Assembly: GCF_004010195.1 (NCBI RefSeq)
Contig: NC_057751.1
Coordinates: forward strand, 15,484,241-15,548,240
From: Chiloscyllium plagiosum
Taxonomy: Eukaryota
Direction: 5' to 3'
DNA: 64,000 nucleotides
How positions within the stretch are numbered: position 1 is the first letter of the stretch; each line of letters begins with the position of its first letter. Under the pieces are notes generated by a model. That model did not search any database. It was not told where the DNA came from and worked only from the letters and a program-made list of their open reading frames with translations. Below are positions 1-13,916 of this stretch, piece by piece. The translations under genes and the position numbers were made by a program.

Positions 1-482
1 GTACTCTCCACTTGCCTGGATGAGTTTCGCACCAACAACACTTGAGAAGTTCAACATCATCCAGGACAAAGCAGCCCGCTTGATTGACACCACATTCACA
101 AACATTCAATCCCTCCACTACCGAAGCTCATTGGCAGCAGTGTGTGCCCTCTGCAAGGTACAATGCAACAAATCACCAACCCTCCTTCGACAGCACCTTC
201 CAAACTCACACTTTCTTCTACCTAGACAGCAGACACACAGGAACTGCACCATAAACAAATTCCCCTCCAAGTTACACACCATCCTGACTTGGAAATGTAT
301 CGTTGTTCCTTCACTGTCATTGAGTCAAGATCCTGAAACTCTCTCCCTAACAGCACTGTGTGGGTAACCCTGCAACAGAGGGACTGCAGTGGTTCAAGAA
401 GGCAGCTCACCACCACCTTCTCAAAGGGCAATTAGGGACGAGCATCAAATACTGGTCTCGCCAGCAACACCCACATTCCATA
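1..482 (+). mobile_element. LINE 3' fragment (non-LTR retrotransposon, ORF2 C-terminus and tail)
   Basis: ORF 20..367 PTTLEKFNIIQDKAARLI; same family at 33345-34140 and 53740-54345. Confidence 0.75.
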
Positions 483-3178
483 GCATCTTTTTACAAACCT
501 AATCACACATCCCATCCTATCCCGAGGCTAAATCTTAAACATGAGGACACTGATGGAGCTAAAGCTGCTTTTTGCACAGACTGCATAGGGAGTTCAGGAT
601 GGTCCAGTAAAGGCAGAGACGTCTGTTCAGTGTTTAAGTGTCAAAGTAACTGCGCCACATTGAGGCGAAGGAGTGACAGGCAGCTTTCACAAATCTGCAA
701 AATGTTTTGCTTCAAACAGTCTTTCATGTTAGCCAGCTCCGTTGTGCATGAAAAGAAAATTTAATGCTGTGTTCAGGTGAATCTGTCTGCCTGTTGCAAT
801 TTGTGTTATGTGTTTCTATGCAAGCTAATATTACCAAGCAGAGCAAAGCTTGTGCTGCACGCAAAGTTTAAATTCAATAAAAGCTTCAGCAAAGGCCCCG
901 TGTCTAAGTGCTGGTCATTTTCCTCACTTCTACCCCGCACTTGTAACATCCCCTTCCGACCTCAACCTCTTTGCATCCAGACCCCTTCCATCGAACTGCA
1001 CTCCTCCACACCTGTGCCTGTGATGTTGTGCTCAGTTCTCAATACCGGTCTTCAGGAGGGATCTATCCAGTTGAGAGCACGGTCTAGTCAACTCTGAGAG
1101 CCACTATGTTAACAGTAGAAGGTACAGGCCAACTCTGGATGTCAACAGGCCTGGAAGGAGCTAGGAGAAGGCCTCCTCAAATGAGACAATGTGCCTCGTG
1201 ATCTGATAGGTCAAGCCTTCTCCCACTGCTTGCCAACCCAGTGGAGGAGATTTACAAGTGTAGTACCAAGAAGCAGAGACTTCAGTTATGTGGACAGTCT
1301 GGAGAAACTGGGGTCATTCTCCTTAGAACAAACAAGTGCAAGGGACTACCTGACAGAGGTGTTCAAAACTTTGGAACATTTTAATAGAGCAAAGAGGGAG
1401 AAACAATTGTCTGTGGCATAAATCTCAGTGGACCCTGCCTAATCATATCGTGATTTTTATACAATGTGATATGAATTTGACTGGGAATTTATACCTGAGG
1501 AGATTTACTTTGGGAAATAACTGTAAGTGAAACATTTCATTAAAAAAGCCAATGAGACATCTGAACATTGTTAATTAGGAGTCAAATCTAATTAAATCCC
1601 AACAAGACTCGTGTTTTGGCCAACAGAGACTTTCAGACACATTATCAAAGTGGAAATGCTCCAAAACATTCTTTGGTCTTCCCCCTTCAATTTCAGCAGC
1701 TGCTATATTTGGAGTCAGCCAGTCTCAAGTGAAACATAATTAAATTTTCACTTTAGCACAACCATTCAAACTCAGAGAAGTGCCTACACCTACAGTGCAA
1801 AGCTGAGCCACTGTGCTGCGATAGTACAGAATGAGGCAACTCTGGGCACAATGTTGAAGGGATTAATCCTCAACGTTCACTTGGCAGCGAAAAGCTCACT
1901 TTGGCTTGGTTTTGTACTTGATTAAAGCTCCAGCATCTCAGGCAATGTATGTATGCTGCCTCCAACCTGTAAAGGCACTTGTCAATGCTCCACAGCGTAG
2001 TCAGGTCTTCAAGTCATGAGGCCATGGGATCAGTGGCAAAGTCTTAGATTTGGATTGGGGCACTATTGGAAAGTAATAGAGGATGGTGTGCTTACTGTAA
2101 GGGACTTAGTACAGTGGCTAGTCATGCAATTCAGTGTGTGACCATCGAAAGGCAGGCAAGGCCAGTGAGAGGTAGATGGTGGAAGGGTGCTATTAAGGAA
2201 GTGAAGGTATACTGGGTGCCCAGTGCTATTTTCAGGAGCACTTTGGATTGTACAGATAAGGGTGTGCTTTTATAAATCCAAGTGAATGATGCTGATGCTG
2301 AGTCTGGCGGTGGAATTTCTAGGGGAGGACAAGTGAGGGTTTAAGTCAGGTCTTTAAGAGCCACAAGGTCTACATCACAGGAGGAGGTGATTCTGCCCTC
2401 CATTTGCGCTGAATTCTGCCTGGATTAGCACAAACTTCAATCCAGGAAAATTCATGGAGACCAGAGAAGACAAAGATGGGTTTGCAAGCAACGAGCTGGA
2501 ATTTTGATAGAAAACTGGATGGAGCTACAGGAACCTTACCTGGGGCTGTCACACCCTTTGGCACTACATTCAGCCCTGTCAGAACGTCCATTGGGTAAAA
2601 TGCACGTTCACATTTCAACATATACCCTGCTGACATCTCTATTTAAAACAGTGCTGCAATAGACAGAAATAAAAAACAAACACTCCACCTTTGAAACAAC
2701 ATCGGCTGGGGACGCCCAGGGTCACATGCTGTGCTAAACAACTACGTAACAGGAGCACCTTAAGACCGGTGGATCTTGCACAGTGATTACGCTGAAGTGA
2801 ACACTGCGCAGTTAATATTCTGAACTGATCATTTGGTCAATCTGCATTGCTATTTGGACATTAAAATGGCCCCACCTGGGGTTTGGGCAAATACAAAAGA
2901 GGTCATGGCATTATTTCAAACAACAGCAGGGGTTATCTTCCCAGTGTTCTGGTCAATATTCATCTCGCAATCAACACTACAAAAAAAAGACCATTCTGGT
3001 ACTCTTTCTGTGGGAGCTCGCTGTGTGCAAACTTTGTTGCTGTGCTTACGACAACAGCGACGACACTTCAAACGCTTCAGAGTGGGCATCGCCTCTTGCC
3101 CACTGTGAAGCCCAGACCAGTCTACAGCAAAAACAAGATGACAAAGCAGCGGACAAATGCAAAAAAGAAGCTGCAGCA

Positions 3179-3190
3179 TTTATTTTTATT
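3179..3190 (-). terminator. Probable polyadenylation signal of bmp1 (tandem AATAAA), implying ~1.2 kb 3' UTR
   Basis: Minus strand AATAAAAATAAA followed by U/GU-rich sequence (cttcttttttgcatttgtcc...tcttgtttttgc). Confidence 0.6.
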
Positions 3191-3950
3191 GGGGCTTTAA
3201 AGAATGAACTTCCAAAGCTTTTCGGACAAAACTCGGCACGATCACCTGGTACACCTTTACACCTCACCACCCCACCATCTGACCACACCAAACCAGGCCG
3301 AATCGCAGCTTTCCAGTCCACTGTCTGCCAATGCACTGCCCCAACGGATCTCAGGCAGGCGATCCCCATCCAAGGTTCGGCGTGGTAGAAGGTAATGCTC
3401 ATGGTGATCTCAGGAATGTCAAAACCAATGTTGAACTGTTAAAATCAGCAACTTGAGTAAATCAACTTGCAGCTCTTGCAATAAACGCTGCTTCACTGAT
3501 ATTTTTCCTCACAATCCCCACAGACTGAATCGAGGAGATCGCAGCCCTGTCTGTGAAATCTTGTGGAGGCCAGCACCTGAATATAAACTTCAAGCTTCAG
3601 GAATTGTTTTATGCTACTGTATTTTATTGAGGAGGCAGTGAAAATGTTTTCCACACTACTCCCCCCAACCTTTCACTGTAGAGGTTCCCCTCCCTCCCCC
3701 CACCAATGCTAAACACTACTGACCAATGGAGAAAGAGCAGGCAGCTCGCTGACTGCTGCCAGCGGTGGCTCTGGCCAGGAGACATACAAGGTTAGACAGC
3801 ACTGGCTCAGCAGAGGACCCCTGGAAGTGCCTGGTCACAGGTTGACACCTCCCTTGACAGCCCAGTACCCTTCGGTGTGGCAGGCCAATGGCAAGCCACT
3901 TTGTGGCTCATGGTTGCGGTCAAATGACATCCATTGAATGTCAGCATGAA

Positions 3951-3953
<3 letters not shown>

Positions 3954-3981
<28 letters not shown>
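3954..3981. repeat. (GA)n microsatellite in the 3' UTR
   Basis: About 14 perfect AG units. Confidence 0.95.
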
Positions 3982-3987
<6 letters not shown>

Positions 3988-4371
3988 TTTCACAGAAGTC
4001 CAGGGACCAGTACAGAGGGCAGCTGCACTGATCCGTCTTTCGTGCTGTTTGAAAGAAAGCTATGTACGTCCGTGAAAAGGGGATCATACCACAGCTTCGG
4101 TCATCTTCCCGAAAGGAATCTCTCACAACACTGAGTCCTTTTTATGTTTGAAAACACTGCAATACTGGGTCGCTTGGCGATTCCCAGTCATTCGCTGCAC
4201 TTGAAGCATCACATATCATAATACAAACGAGTCATTTCAGCCGTTTTTTTTTTCATTTAAAGTGCTGAAATTTTGGAAATGGCTATGTTCCTCGTGGGAG
4301 AATTTTACAGTACAATTAACAAAAAAGAAAGTTGCAAATTCCCAAGTCCCTCAGTTCGCCCAGGGTTCAGA

Positions 4372-4506
4372 TCATTTCCTCAAGTGAAGAGTGTCTTGGA
4401 ACTTGGTGCTGGTGTAACGTGCGTGGAACCCCTTCTTGTTGATGGTGTCGTCTGTGTGGAAGCGAATCATGATCGAATCCCCGGCAGAATAAATTTCCTC
4501 AGGAGG
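4372..4506 (-). CDS. bmp1: BMP1 terminal coding exon ~20: CUB5 end and stop
   Basis: ttgcag|CCT...; [47 protein letters not shown]; 135 nt. Confidence 0.96.
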   Translation of the reverse strand, partial: PPEEIYSAGDSIMIRFHTDDTINKKGFHARYTSTKFQDTLHLRK

Positions 4507-6071
4507 CTGCAACAAAAAATGTTGACCCATCAATAGAGGGCTACTGCTGATCTGTAAATGTGCCTACAACCCCTCCGACTCTGACTGTTCTCTTCACTCA
4601 ACGTTGCTGCTGTGTCCATTGTTCCTCCTTTAACCTACCTGGTAAGTTAAAGGAAGGCAGGTAAAGATCACTGGTACCCCAGTTGGGAGTCTCAGCAATT
4701 TATTGCTCCATGTGGGCCACAAACTCAGTTGGCTGGGAGGCTGAGCCAGCCTGCTGCACTGTCACTGCTGGCTCTCATTAAGCTGACTCTGAAAAGGTTG
4801 TGTGCGTCACTCTGTTCAAGCATGTGGGTCATTTGTTTCCTTTATTCTTTCATGGGGATGTCAGGGCTATTTGCTGCCTGTCCCTAACCGCCTTTGAACA
4901 GAGCGCTTTGCTGGGGCCATTTCAGGCAGCAGTTGAGAGTCAACCACATCGCTGTCAGTCTGGAGTCACATGGAGGCGAGGCTGGGTAAGGACGGCAGAT
5001 TTCCTTCCCTCAAGGACATTAGTGAACCAGATGGGTGTTTGCAACAATGACATTACCGAAACTAATTTTCCATTCAGGATGTAGTAAATGGATTGAAATT
5101 CCACCAGCTGCTGCAGTGGGATATTTGCAGGCAAACATTGATCTTGTGGCGCAGAGTGTCTCCATTTATGAGGCAGAAGCTCTTGGTTTGAAGCCCACTG
5201 CAGGACTTAATGGCCACTGGGCTTGTATTCATAACATGGCCATGGTTAATTATCAACCTATCAATCTTTCCGATAAATGTACAGCAGGTGATTGAAGTGG
5301 GAGAGCCTCCCAGTCAGGCCAGCTCTGTCTCTGGGGATAGGCCTGTGTCCATGAAACACCAGCGACACAAACAGGGATAAGTGCAAGCTTTCTCTGCCTC
5401 ATGCATCAGGTAGCTTCAGAGTGTGCATGCTGGTACATGTATCTGCGAACTCTTACCTATGCCCTTACCTCACATTTCGGTGTGCTGTGGGTGGTATGAG
5501 CAAATGAATATTTGTGGACAAATGCACATACATGGGTACGTGCATAACATACGGTTTTCCCTGCTCTCTGCTCAGAGATGCACTAATGGATGACGTGTTG
5601 AGTGAAGGGCACACGCAGACAAACCTCCCACCCATTGCATGCATATACCTCCCAGGGGCGCTGTATGGAATTTTAAGTGCTGGGGCAAGGGGTGGGGACT
5701 TGAGAAGAACAGCTTGGAACAGAAAATGAAGATGTGAAGTGGGCTGCACTGAGACTGACATCAGAATGCGAGGAAGCAAGGAAAAAGGTTTCGCCATTCC
5801 TCCCACAGGTGGGGGATTTGGCGATGGGACATTGTTCAGTATCACAAGGTTGGACCACTCAGTGGAGGTGGTCTTGCCTGGCACTTGTGTGGCACAAATA
5901 TAGCTTGCCAGTTATTTGCCCAAGTCTGAATGTTGCCCAGGTCTTGCTGCATCTGGGCCCTAGTTTCTCATTATTAGGACAGTTGGCAGGTCCATGCTAA
6001 ACTGGGGTGGTTTCACTGGGTTGAACCAGAAGGTATCGGGAAATCGCTAAATGGACATTGCGAGCTCTTAC

Positions 6072-6322
6072 CCCTGAGCCACAGAACCTGCCCAGCCTTG
6101 GAGCAGTGTCATCTGAGCCATCAAACAACTCCATGTAATCGTAACCACAGTCTGCCTCCTCCTCGATCTCGAAGGTCTGAAATATCAGCTCAACCCCGTA
6201 GCCTTCCTCAGCCCGGATCACCCACTGGCAATCAGCTCCTCCAGGATAATTGTTATCGCCAAACTGCGCGTGAGAGTACAGGTCCTTGGTTTTCACTTCG
6301 GCCTTCAGCTTGCCCCCACATT
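6072..6322 (-). CDS. bmp1: BMP1 exon ~19: CUB5
   Basis: ctgcag|...GGG|gtaag; [84 protein letters not shown]; 251 nt. Confidence 0.96.
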
Positions 6323-7566
6323 CTGCAGAATAAAACATGGGGTGTAACACTGATCTCTGGATAGAAGCTTCCTGAGGTAGTTTAGTCCTTTCTCAATTGT
6401 ATCACTTGCTCAATGCCATTGCACTATTTATAGTTTGATATTTTCTTGCACTAGCCAGCACGAGATCCTCCCTCGCTTGGACTACATGCCCCAGTCAGGG
6501 TTGTGTGTTCACCTTCCTTCCATCTACAGTTCTTATCTCAACGGGTTGCACTTCTCCTCTTTGACAAGAGGCTGGGAGTGGGGAGGGCTCATTGTCCATG
6601 GAAGGCGATTTATAAGACTGGGACCAACATACTGCTGCTGTGTCAGAGGTGCCGTCTTACATTTGAGACCCTTTCAGGGCAGAAAGCCCTGGGTAGAAAG
6701 TCTATGGGACCTTAATGCATTGAAATGAACAGCCTTCCCTGCATTACAAAACTGACATCACATCATTCTGCTTGGTGTCATTAAGTACCTTTGCTGCTTA
6801 AGGCTATCAAGTTTTTAATACATAAGAGTAGTTCTTTGTACACTATTCCAATCTGCTCCATTCCCCCACATTACCTCTGCAACCAGTTGGTGATGGGGTA
6901 TGATGCTGTGGCAGTCCTCTGGTATTTTGACCAGATGACTATCCATGCACTAGGTTAGCAGCAGGTTGCCAACAATGTTACTGGATTGCAGGGCTGGTGT
7001 GTGTGTAGAATCAGACCTCTCCTTCCCCCAACCTACAGACTTTCACCAAAGGTCGATGGATAGCAACCAGCATTGGGAACCCAGCTTAGTTTTCCTCGTG
7101 ATTCATCAGTTCTGACTCCGTGCCATCCCATTGGAGTTGCTGGTATTTTACTGCTTTGCACAGCTCCGAATCGCTGCAGGATCAGTACAAGTGCTTGCAG
7201 AAAAGTCAACAGCACTGCTTAAATCTGGATGCGTGCCCAGAAATTAAGCCTTTGCTGACTGACGTCCTTCTCACTGTGGCTACGTTTGTGATAAGGTAAG
7301 CCCCTTTTCTCAACTGATTTGTCATGTTTCGTCTGGGAGGATATTGTTAAATGTGTAATTTCAAGACTGCAACCTACCTGAATGGGTGAAGCAGGAAAGA
7401 CACAGTGAACAGCATGTATGAACGCCCCTCAGTAATTGCATTTACCATCACTTTCCAAAGCAGTTCAAATGAATGAACAGAATTGTCTGCGCACTGGTTT
7501 GGCTTCAAATCACAACAATTCAAATTACTTGGAGAGATACGTGTGGTAATAGCAGACGTTTCTTAC

Positions 7567-7780
7567 CTGAGGTGTGAGCAGCTTCAAAGCCTTTTTTCTG
7601 TACAGAGTTGTCAGAGAAGAATTTAATGAACATCTTGTTGAAGGTGGAGATGAGGGGCTCTGGCTTCTTACTGCCGCAGAATCGGCCAATAACCTTCGCT
7701 TTCGAGTCTTTGCCATCGTAAAGCTCCAAGTGATCATATGCACATTCCTGATGCTGTTCAATATCCAACTCATTGAATGC
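7567..7780 (-). CDS. bmp1: BMP1 exon ~18: CUB4 end
   Basis: tttaag|...CAG|gtaag; [71 protein letters not shown]; 214 nt. Confidence 0.96.
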
Positions 7781-8577
7781 CTTAAAAAAAAAAGCAAAGA
7801 ACTGCATGTTGCCCAAGGGTGAAAATTCCAAGTTTCAAGGCTCCATAGACAAGTAATTTCTCAAAGGACAGAAAGTGACGGGGATGTTGAAAACGATGAA
7901 GTACTTTGATAAAAGTAAATCTGGACAAAGCGTTTCCATTTGGTCGCTTGATAAGACAGAACCTCAGTATTGCTGAATCAAACCCAAAGAGAAACTGACC
8001 TGCCAACCAATCAGCACAATCTTCTCATGCAGTATAAAATGTCATTTCCTTGAGGTTTGGCGTTGTGTATCGATGAATGCAAGAGGAAAAGTTGTGACAG
8101 CATGTTGTTTGTTTTTCAACAATTCTCAAGCAGTTTCTGAAGGCATGAGGGTTGGTAACATGGGGGGGCAGAGATTAAAGACAATTTGACATTAAGAAAT
8201 GGGGAGATGAGGAGCTTTGTTATAATTCAACGTTACAGTTTGTGCAATTCTGGAAGTCAGTGCCGAAAGCAGGGTGGAAGGAGATTCAACAATAACCTTC
8301 AAAATGAAAATGGATATACTAGTGAAAAGAAGAGTGGGGAAAGAGTTTGTCAAGTGGGACTATTAGAAAGACCTTTCAAACAGTCAGCATAGGCTTGATA
8401 GGCCAAATAGGCCTCTGGTGACTCTCCAGAGCTTCCAAAATGGAACTGGACCAAAATAGTAAGCCATTTGTGACTATGCAGTGTTCCAATATGGTCCCTG
8501 AATAATGATAACAGTGAATAGGTTTGTGATTTTACGCCAATCTTGGGTGCACCACCTCGATGAGGAGTATTCCTTAC

Positions 8578-8705
8578 CAGTTTAACTCGATGCCCAGGCG
8601 TGGTCGTGATCTCCCAGGTGCACTCCTTTCGACTGGTGTACTTATTGGGCCAGTTGGGGCTGGTGATGGTGCCCGAAACGCTGTTGATCTTGTGTTCACA
8701 TCCAG
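8578..8705 (-). CDS. bmp1: BMP1 exon ~17: CUB4 start
   Basis: ctgcag|...CTG|gtaag; [43 protein letters not shown]; 128 nt. Confidence 0.95.
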
Positions 8706-9596
8706 CTGCAGTCACAAGAAAGTTAGATCATAAGATCAAGAAACAGGAGAAGTCACCTTGAACCTGCTCTGTCTTAACTTCACATTCCCATCTGGCCCCC
8801 TTGACTCTCTTGTCAGTCTGGAATCTGGTCAACAGCCTGGAGTCTAGCTAAAGACCCTACCTCTCCACTCCGGGAAACAGAATTCCAAACACTGACAACC
8901 CTCCGAGAAAAGAACATTTTCATCTTCAATGGAAGACCCCCTTTGAAACTGCGCTCTCTAGTTCAAGGCTTCCCCAAGAGGGGAACCATATTCTCAGTGT
9001 ATACCTCCTCAAACCCCCTCAGAATTTTATACATTTCAATCGTATCATAGCTTTCGAATGCAGCCCCAATCTGCTCAACCTTTCCTCATATGACATGCCC
9101 TTTGTTTCAGGAATCAGTCTAGTGAATTTCCTCTGAACTGCTTCTAATCGCATTAACACAACACCCTCGGAATGAATGACTGGGGAACAGTCCAGCTTGC
9201 AGGCTTGCCTGTTACAAGAGTGACTGGCAGCAGAGACTCTGCTTTGGAAAATACCTGCTCTTTGCGAATGGTGTGGGTCAATGCAAATGAGCAATCCCAT
9301 GGTCGTCATACCTTGCAGTCGGCAGAAACCATTCGTACCCTGCAACTATCCTCTGCTGACTGAATTTTGCTGAAGACTCACAGGTTTAAACATTTTGTCC
9401 ACAGCCTTCCCTTCATTCAGAAGCCGGGTGGTGCCAATTCTCACTCTGTGAATTAAAACTGTTGGGATATTGCCCACCCAGGGGGAGCAGTACCATGCAT
9501 CTTCCAGTGCAACACTCCCACCTTGGGATAGGCAGGTTGGAGCTCTCAGGGCCCTGCTTCATCTCATGTGTGCGTTGGAGGTCAAAGATCACTCAC

Positions 9597-9722
9597 CTTC
9601 CTTGCAATCATGCTTGTTCTCATGAAGCATGAAGCCGCTGCGGCACTGACATGTGTAACTCCCAAAAGTGTTGACGCACTCGTGCTGGCAGCCGCCATTA
9701 TCCTTTGAGCACTCGTCCTTGT
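9597..9722 (-). CDS. bmp1: BMP1 exon ~16: calcium-binding EGF2
   Basis: ctccag|...AAG|gtgag; [42 protein letters not shown]; 126 nt. Confidence 0.96.
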
Positions 9723-9989
9723 CTGGAGGAAGGAAAGGTAGGGAAGCTCAAGACGCAGTCTCCACAGCTTGACACACAGTCTAAAACTTTGTCCCCGCAA
9801 ATGATCACTCCAGGAGCTCTGCCCCTCTGTCCAGTTCATCCTCATTCACTGTAATTTGCTTGTTGTCCATAGACAACAGAAAACCTCAGTCAAGGCACAT
9901 TATCGTGAAGTTACTCCAGCCCCTGATCTCTCATGTGGCTGCACAGTGTGCCTGTCAAACAATCCCAGCACAGGGTTAGATACAGAATT

Positions 9990-11065
9990 AAGGTCTCTCT
10001 ACACAACAACAGAAATTTGCTGGAGAAACTCAGCAGGTCTGGCAGTATCTGTGCAGAGAAAGCAGAGTCAATGTTTCGGGGTCCAGTGACTCTTCTTCAG
10101 AATTGATGGTCTTGGAAATGATGTTACATATGCTGAAGAGAGGAGTCATAGAATAGAATCATAGAACCCTTACAGTTGGAAAGAGACCACTCGGCCCACA
10201 CGACCCTCCAAAGACGATTCCAATCAAACCCAGTCAATTACTCTACCAATAACCCTCCACTTACCATGGTTAAGCAACCTAGCCTGCACATCCCTGGACA
10301 CTATGGATATTTAGCATGACCAATCCACCTAAGCTGCACATCTTTGAACCATGGGAGGAAACCAGAGCACCAGGTGAAAACCCACACACACACATGGGGA
10401 AAACATGCAAACTTCACACAGATAGTCAGCCAAGGCTGGAATTGAACCTGGGCCCCTGGCACTGTGAGGCAGCTGTGCTAACCACAAAGTCACTGTGCAG
10501 TTCAAAGTGGGTGAAATGAGTAAGCAATCAGTGGAGAAAGAGAGAACAGCAGTTGGCAGACAAAGGGATGTATAATGGTGAACCAGGTAATAAGAAAAGC
10601 TGACAATAGGGATCATGAGTTGTGAAAATTGGTTGATTGTGACTACAAGTTCAGGAGTGTGGGAGTGGGTAAAAACACAGAAGAAGGTGTTTAGGCTGAA
10701 AGTTATTAAACTCGATACTGAGGCCAGAAGGTTGCAGGGTCCAAGCAGAAAATGACCTGCCATTCTTCCAGCTTACGTTGAGCCTTGCTGGAGCATTGCA
10801 GAAAGCCCAGAACAGAAATGCTGTCCAGGGAACACGGTAGTGTGTTGAAGTGGCAGGTAACTGGACGCTTGGGGTCATTTTTGTAGACAGAATGTAGGTG
10901 TTTCACAAAGCAGTCACCCAGTCTGTTTCGTCTCTTCAATGCAGAGGAGACCACACATTGCTGTGAACAGTGAATACAACAGACTACATTGAGTGAAGTG
11001 CAGGTAAATCACTGCTTCACCTGGAAGATGTGTCTGGGGCTTTGGATAGTGAGGAGGGAGGAAGT
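9990..11065 (-). mobile_element. Degenerate Penelope-like element (GIY-YIG endonuclease remnant and terminal repeat), interrupted by an HE1-type SINE
   Basis: ORF 10706..10954 RLGDCFVKHLHSV...PVTCHFN...KLEEWQVIFCL resembles the GIY-YIG ORF at 29098-29496; hammerhead-like motif at 10069-10100. Confidence 0.75.
10146..10497 (-). mobile_element. HE1-type tRNA-derived SINE
   Basis: Reverse complement of tggttagcacagctgcctcacag...ggttcaattcc (A/B boxes), central tgtgaagtttgcatgtt core, CR1-like tail. Confidence 0.85.
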
Positions 11066-11779
11066 AAACGGGCAGGGGTTACAGCTTCTGAAATGGCACT
11101 GCCCCATCAAACACTCCCAGGGAAGGTGCAGCACGGGGTTACAGATTACAGCACAATGGTAAAGGAACCAGAGTGAAGATGAGGCACAAGCAATGAACTG
11201 TGGTGATGTGAAAATCTCTGCCTGAAACAGTGATTTTCCCAAGGGAGAATACGAGATATCTGAAAAGGGAAAATTTGCAGGGATCTGAAGAAAGGGCAGG
11301 AGGATCGGATCTGTCACTCTTCCAAACAGCCAGCACAGGCACAGTGGGATGAACAGTCTCCATTTGTACTCTCTGATCCAGGCAACATGAATAATTTACA
11401 TGAGCAAGTGACAGAGCAAGCTGTTAGGTACAAAACTACACAGTGTGCAAAATTTGATGTGAGAGTCATTTGGGTCTGGATCCTAAAGGGGGCAGTACTG
11501 TCCTTCATTCCATCACTTTTGCTTGCCTGATGCAGTGCTCTCCCCTTTGGTTCTGCTCTGCTCTTGGAAAAGTGGGAAACTTTAAGGGCATCACTTCTTT
11601 ATCTACTTGCTACTGCGTAAGGCACATTTTCACAGTCACGGAAAAGCCAAATGCCCCCTCAAGATATCTCTGCCAACTATTGAACAAACTGAGCAAGCCA
11701 AATAGAACAGGAAAAGCACTGCACCGGGTCAGGGATCAGCTGACGATCTAACTCGGTTCCAGCCATCCTCTCACTCTAC

Positions 11780-13640
11780 ACCCCTCGGAAACCTTCACCT
11801 TCTCTAACCTGACACCCTTCCGCAATGTCTGCAACATCCTCCAGTGACTTCCTCCAGTCCTACATCCCTTCAAGATCTATGTTGCCTCCTGCACCCTACA
11901 CCCCTCTGACATCTCTATCACCTTCTCCATCCTACACCCTTCTGGCAGTTCTGTGACCTCCTCACTCAACACCACTCTGAGATCTATGAACTCCTCCAGC
12001 CTTTCAATCCTCTGACATCTCTGACCTCCTCCACCCTACACCACTCAAACATCTGTGAACTCCTCCAGTCCTGCAACCTCCAAGGTCTCTATGGCCTCCT
12101 GCAACCCTGCACCCCTCTGACATCTGTGACCTCCTCCGCCCTACGCCACTCCAAGATCTCTGTTCTCCTCCATCCTATGCCACTCGAGATCTCTGTGATC
12201 TCCTCTATCCTATGCTACTCCGAGATCTCTGTGATCTCCTCCATCCTGCACCACTCCGAGATCTCTGTGATCTCCTCCATCCTGCACCACTCTGAGATCT
12301 ATGAACTCCTCCAGTTCTGCAACCTCCAAGATCTCTATGACCTCCTGCAAACCTGCATCCCCAACATCTCTGTTATCGCCTTGGTCCTGCACCCCTCTGA
12401 GATCTGTTACATCCTCTAGCCCTGCACCCCTCCGAGATCTCTATGGCCTCCTCCAGCCCTGCACCCCTCCGAGATCTCTGTGACCTTCTCCAGGCATGCA
12501 CCCCGCCGAGATTGCTGTGACCTCCTCCAGCCCTGCACCCCTCTGAGATCTCTGTGACCTTCTCCAGGCATGCACCCCTCTGAGATCTCTGTGACCTCTT
12601 CCAGCTCTGCACCCCTCTGAGATCTCTGTGACCTCCGCCAGCCCTGCACCCCTCCGAGATCTCTGTGACCTCCTCTAGCCCTGTACCCCTCTGAGATCTC
12701 TGTGACCTCCTCTAGCCCTGTACCCCTCTGCGATCTCTGTGCCCTCCTCCAGCCCTGCACCCCTCCAAGATCTTTGTGACCTCCTCCAGCCCTGTACCCC
12801 TCTGAGATCTGTGACCTCCTCCAGCCCTGCACCCCCCTGATATCTCTGTTATCTCCTCGAGCCCTGCACCCCTCTGAGATCTCTGTTAACTCCTCCAGCC
12901 CTGCAGACCCCCTGAGATCTCTGTGGCCTCCTCCAGCCCTGCAGACCCCCTGAGATCTGTGACCTCCTCCAGCCATTTACCCCTCTGAGATCTCTGTGAC
13001 CTCCTCCAGCCCTACACACCTCCTGAGATCTCTGTGACCTCCTCCAGCTCTGCACCCCCCCCCGAGATCTCTGTGACCTCCTCCAGCCCTACACACCCCC
13101 TGAGATCTCTGTGACCTCCTCCAGCCCTTTACCCCTCTGAGATCTCTGTGACCTCCTCCAGCCCTGCACCCTCCCTCCCGAGATCTCTGTGACCTCCTCC
13201 AGCCCTACACACCTCCTGAGATCTCTGTGACCTCCTCCAGCCCTGCACACCCCCTGAGATCTCTGTGACCTCCTCCAGCCCTTTACCCCTCTGAGATCTC
13301 TGTGACCCCCTCCAGCCCTGCACCCTCCCTCCCGAGATCTCTGTGATCAGCTCTGCACCCCACTGAGATCTGTGACCTCCTCCAGGCGTGCACCTCTCTA
13401 AGATCTCCATAATCTCCTCCACCCTACACTACTCCGAGATCCCTGCAACTTCCTCCACCCTACACCACTCCGAGATCCCTGCAACTTCCTCCACCCTACA
13501 CCCTTCCGAGATATCTGTTCCTCCTCCAGCCCTGCACCCTTCCAAAATCTCTATAATCTCTTCCACCCTACACCTCTCTGAGATCTCTGTAGCCTCCTCC
13601 AGCCCTGCAACCGTCCGAGATCTCTCTCTCCTTGCACCCT
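11780..13640. repeat. Minisatellite, ~36-37 bp unit (gagatctctgtgacctcctccagccctgcacccctct), ~50 copies
   Basis: gagatc recurs at 12545, 12582 and 12619 (period 37); homogeneous centre, degenerate edges. Confidence 0.95.
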
Positions 13641-13656
13641 GTAAGGATACAGCTCA

Positions 13657-13857
<201 letters not shown>

Positions 13858-13916
13858 TCACAGACCAATCAGATTGATACATCACTTACCACATCAATAG
13901 GTAGAATACAATATCA

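Noticed and set aside
2780..2830. Possible C/D box snoRNA (tgatta...ctga)
   Set aside because: Too short, imperfect C box, no convincing terminal stem, and it lies outside an intron.
2833..3402. Cluster of overlapping 60-120 aa ORFs
   Set aside because: No recognisable domain; overlaps the bmp1 3' UTR end and a SINE remnant.
11780..13640. CRISPR-like periodic array and ORFs up to 186 aa
   Set aside because: Units are contiguous with no unique spacers, the context is a eukaryotic intron and there are no cas genes; the ORFs are repeat artefacts.
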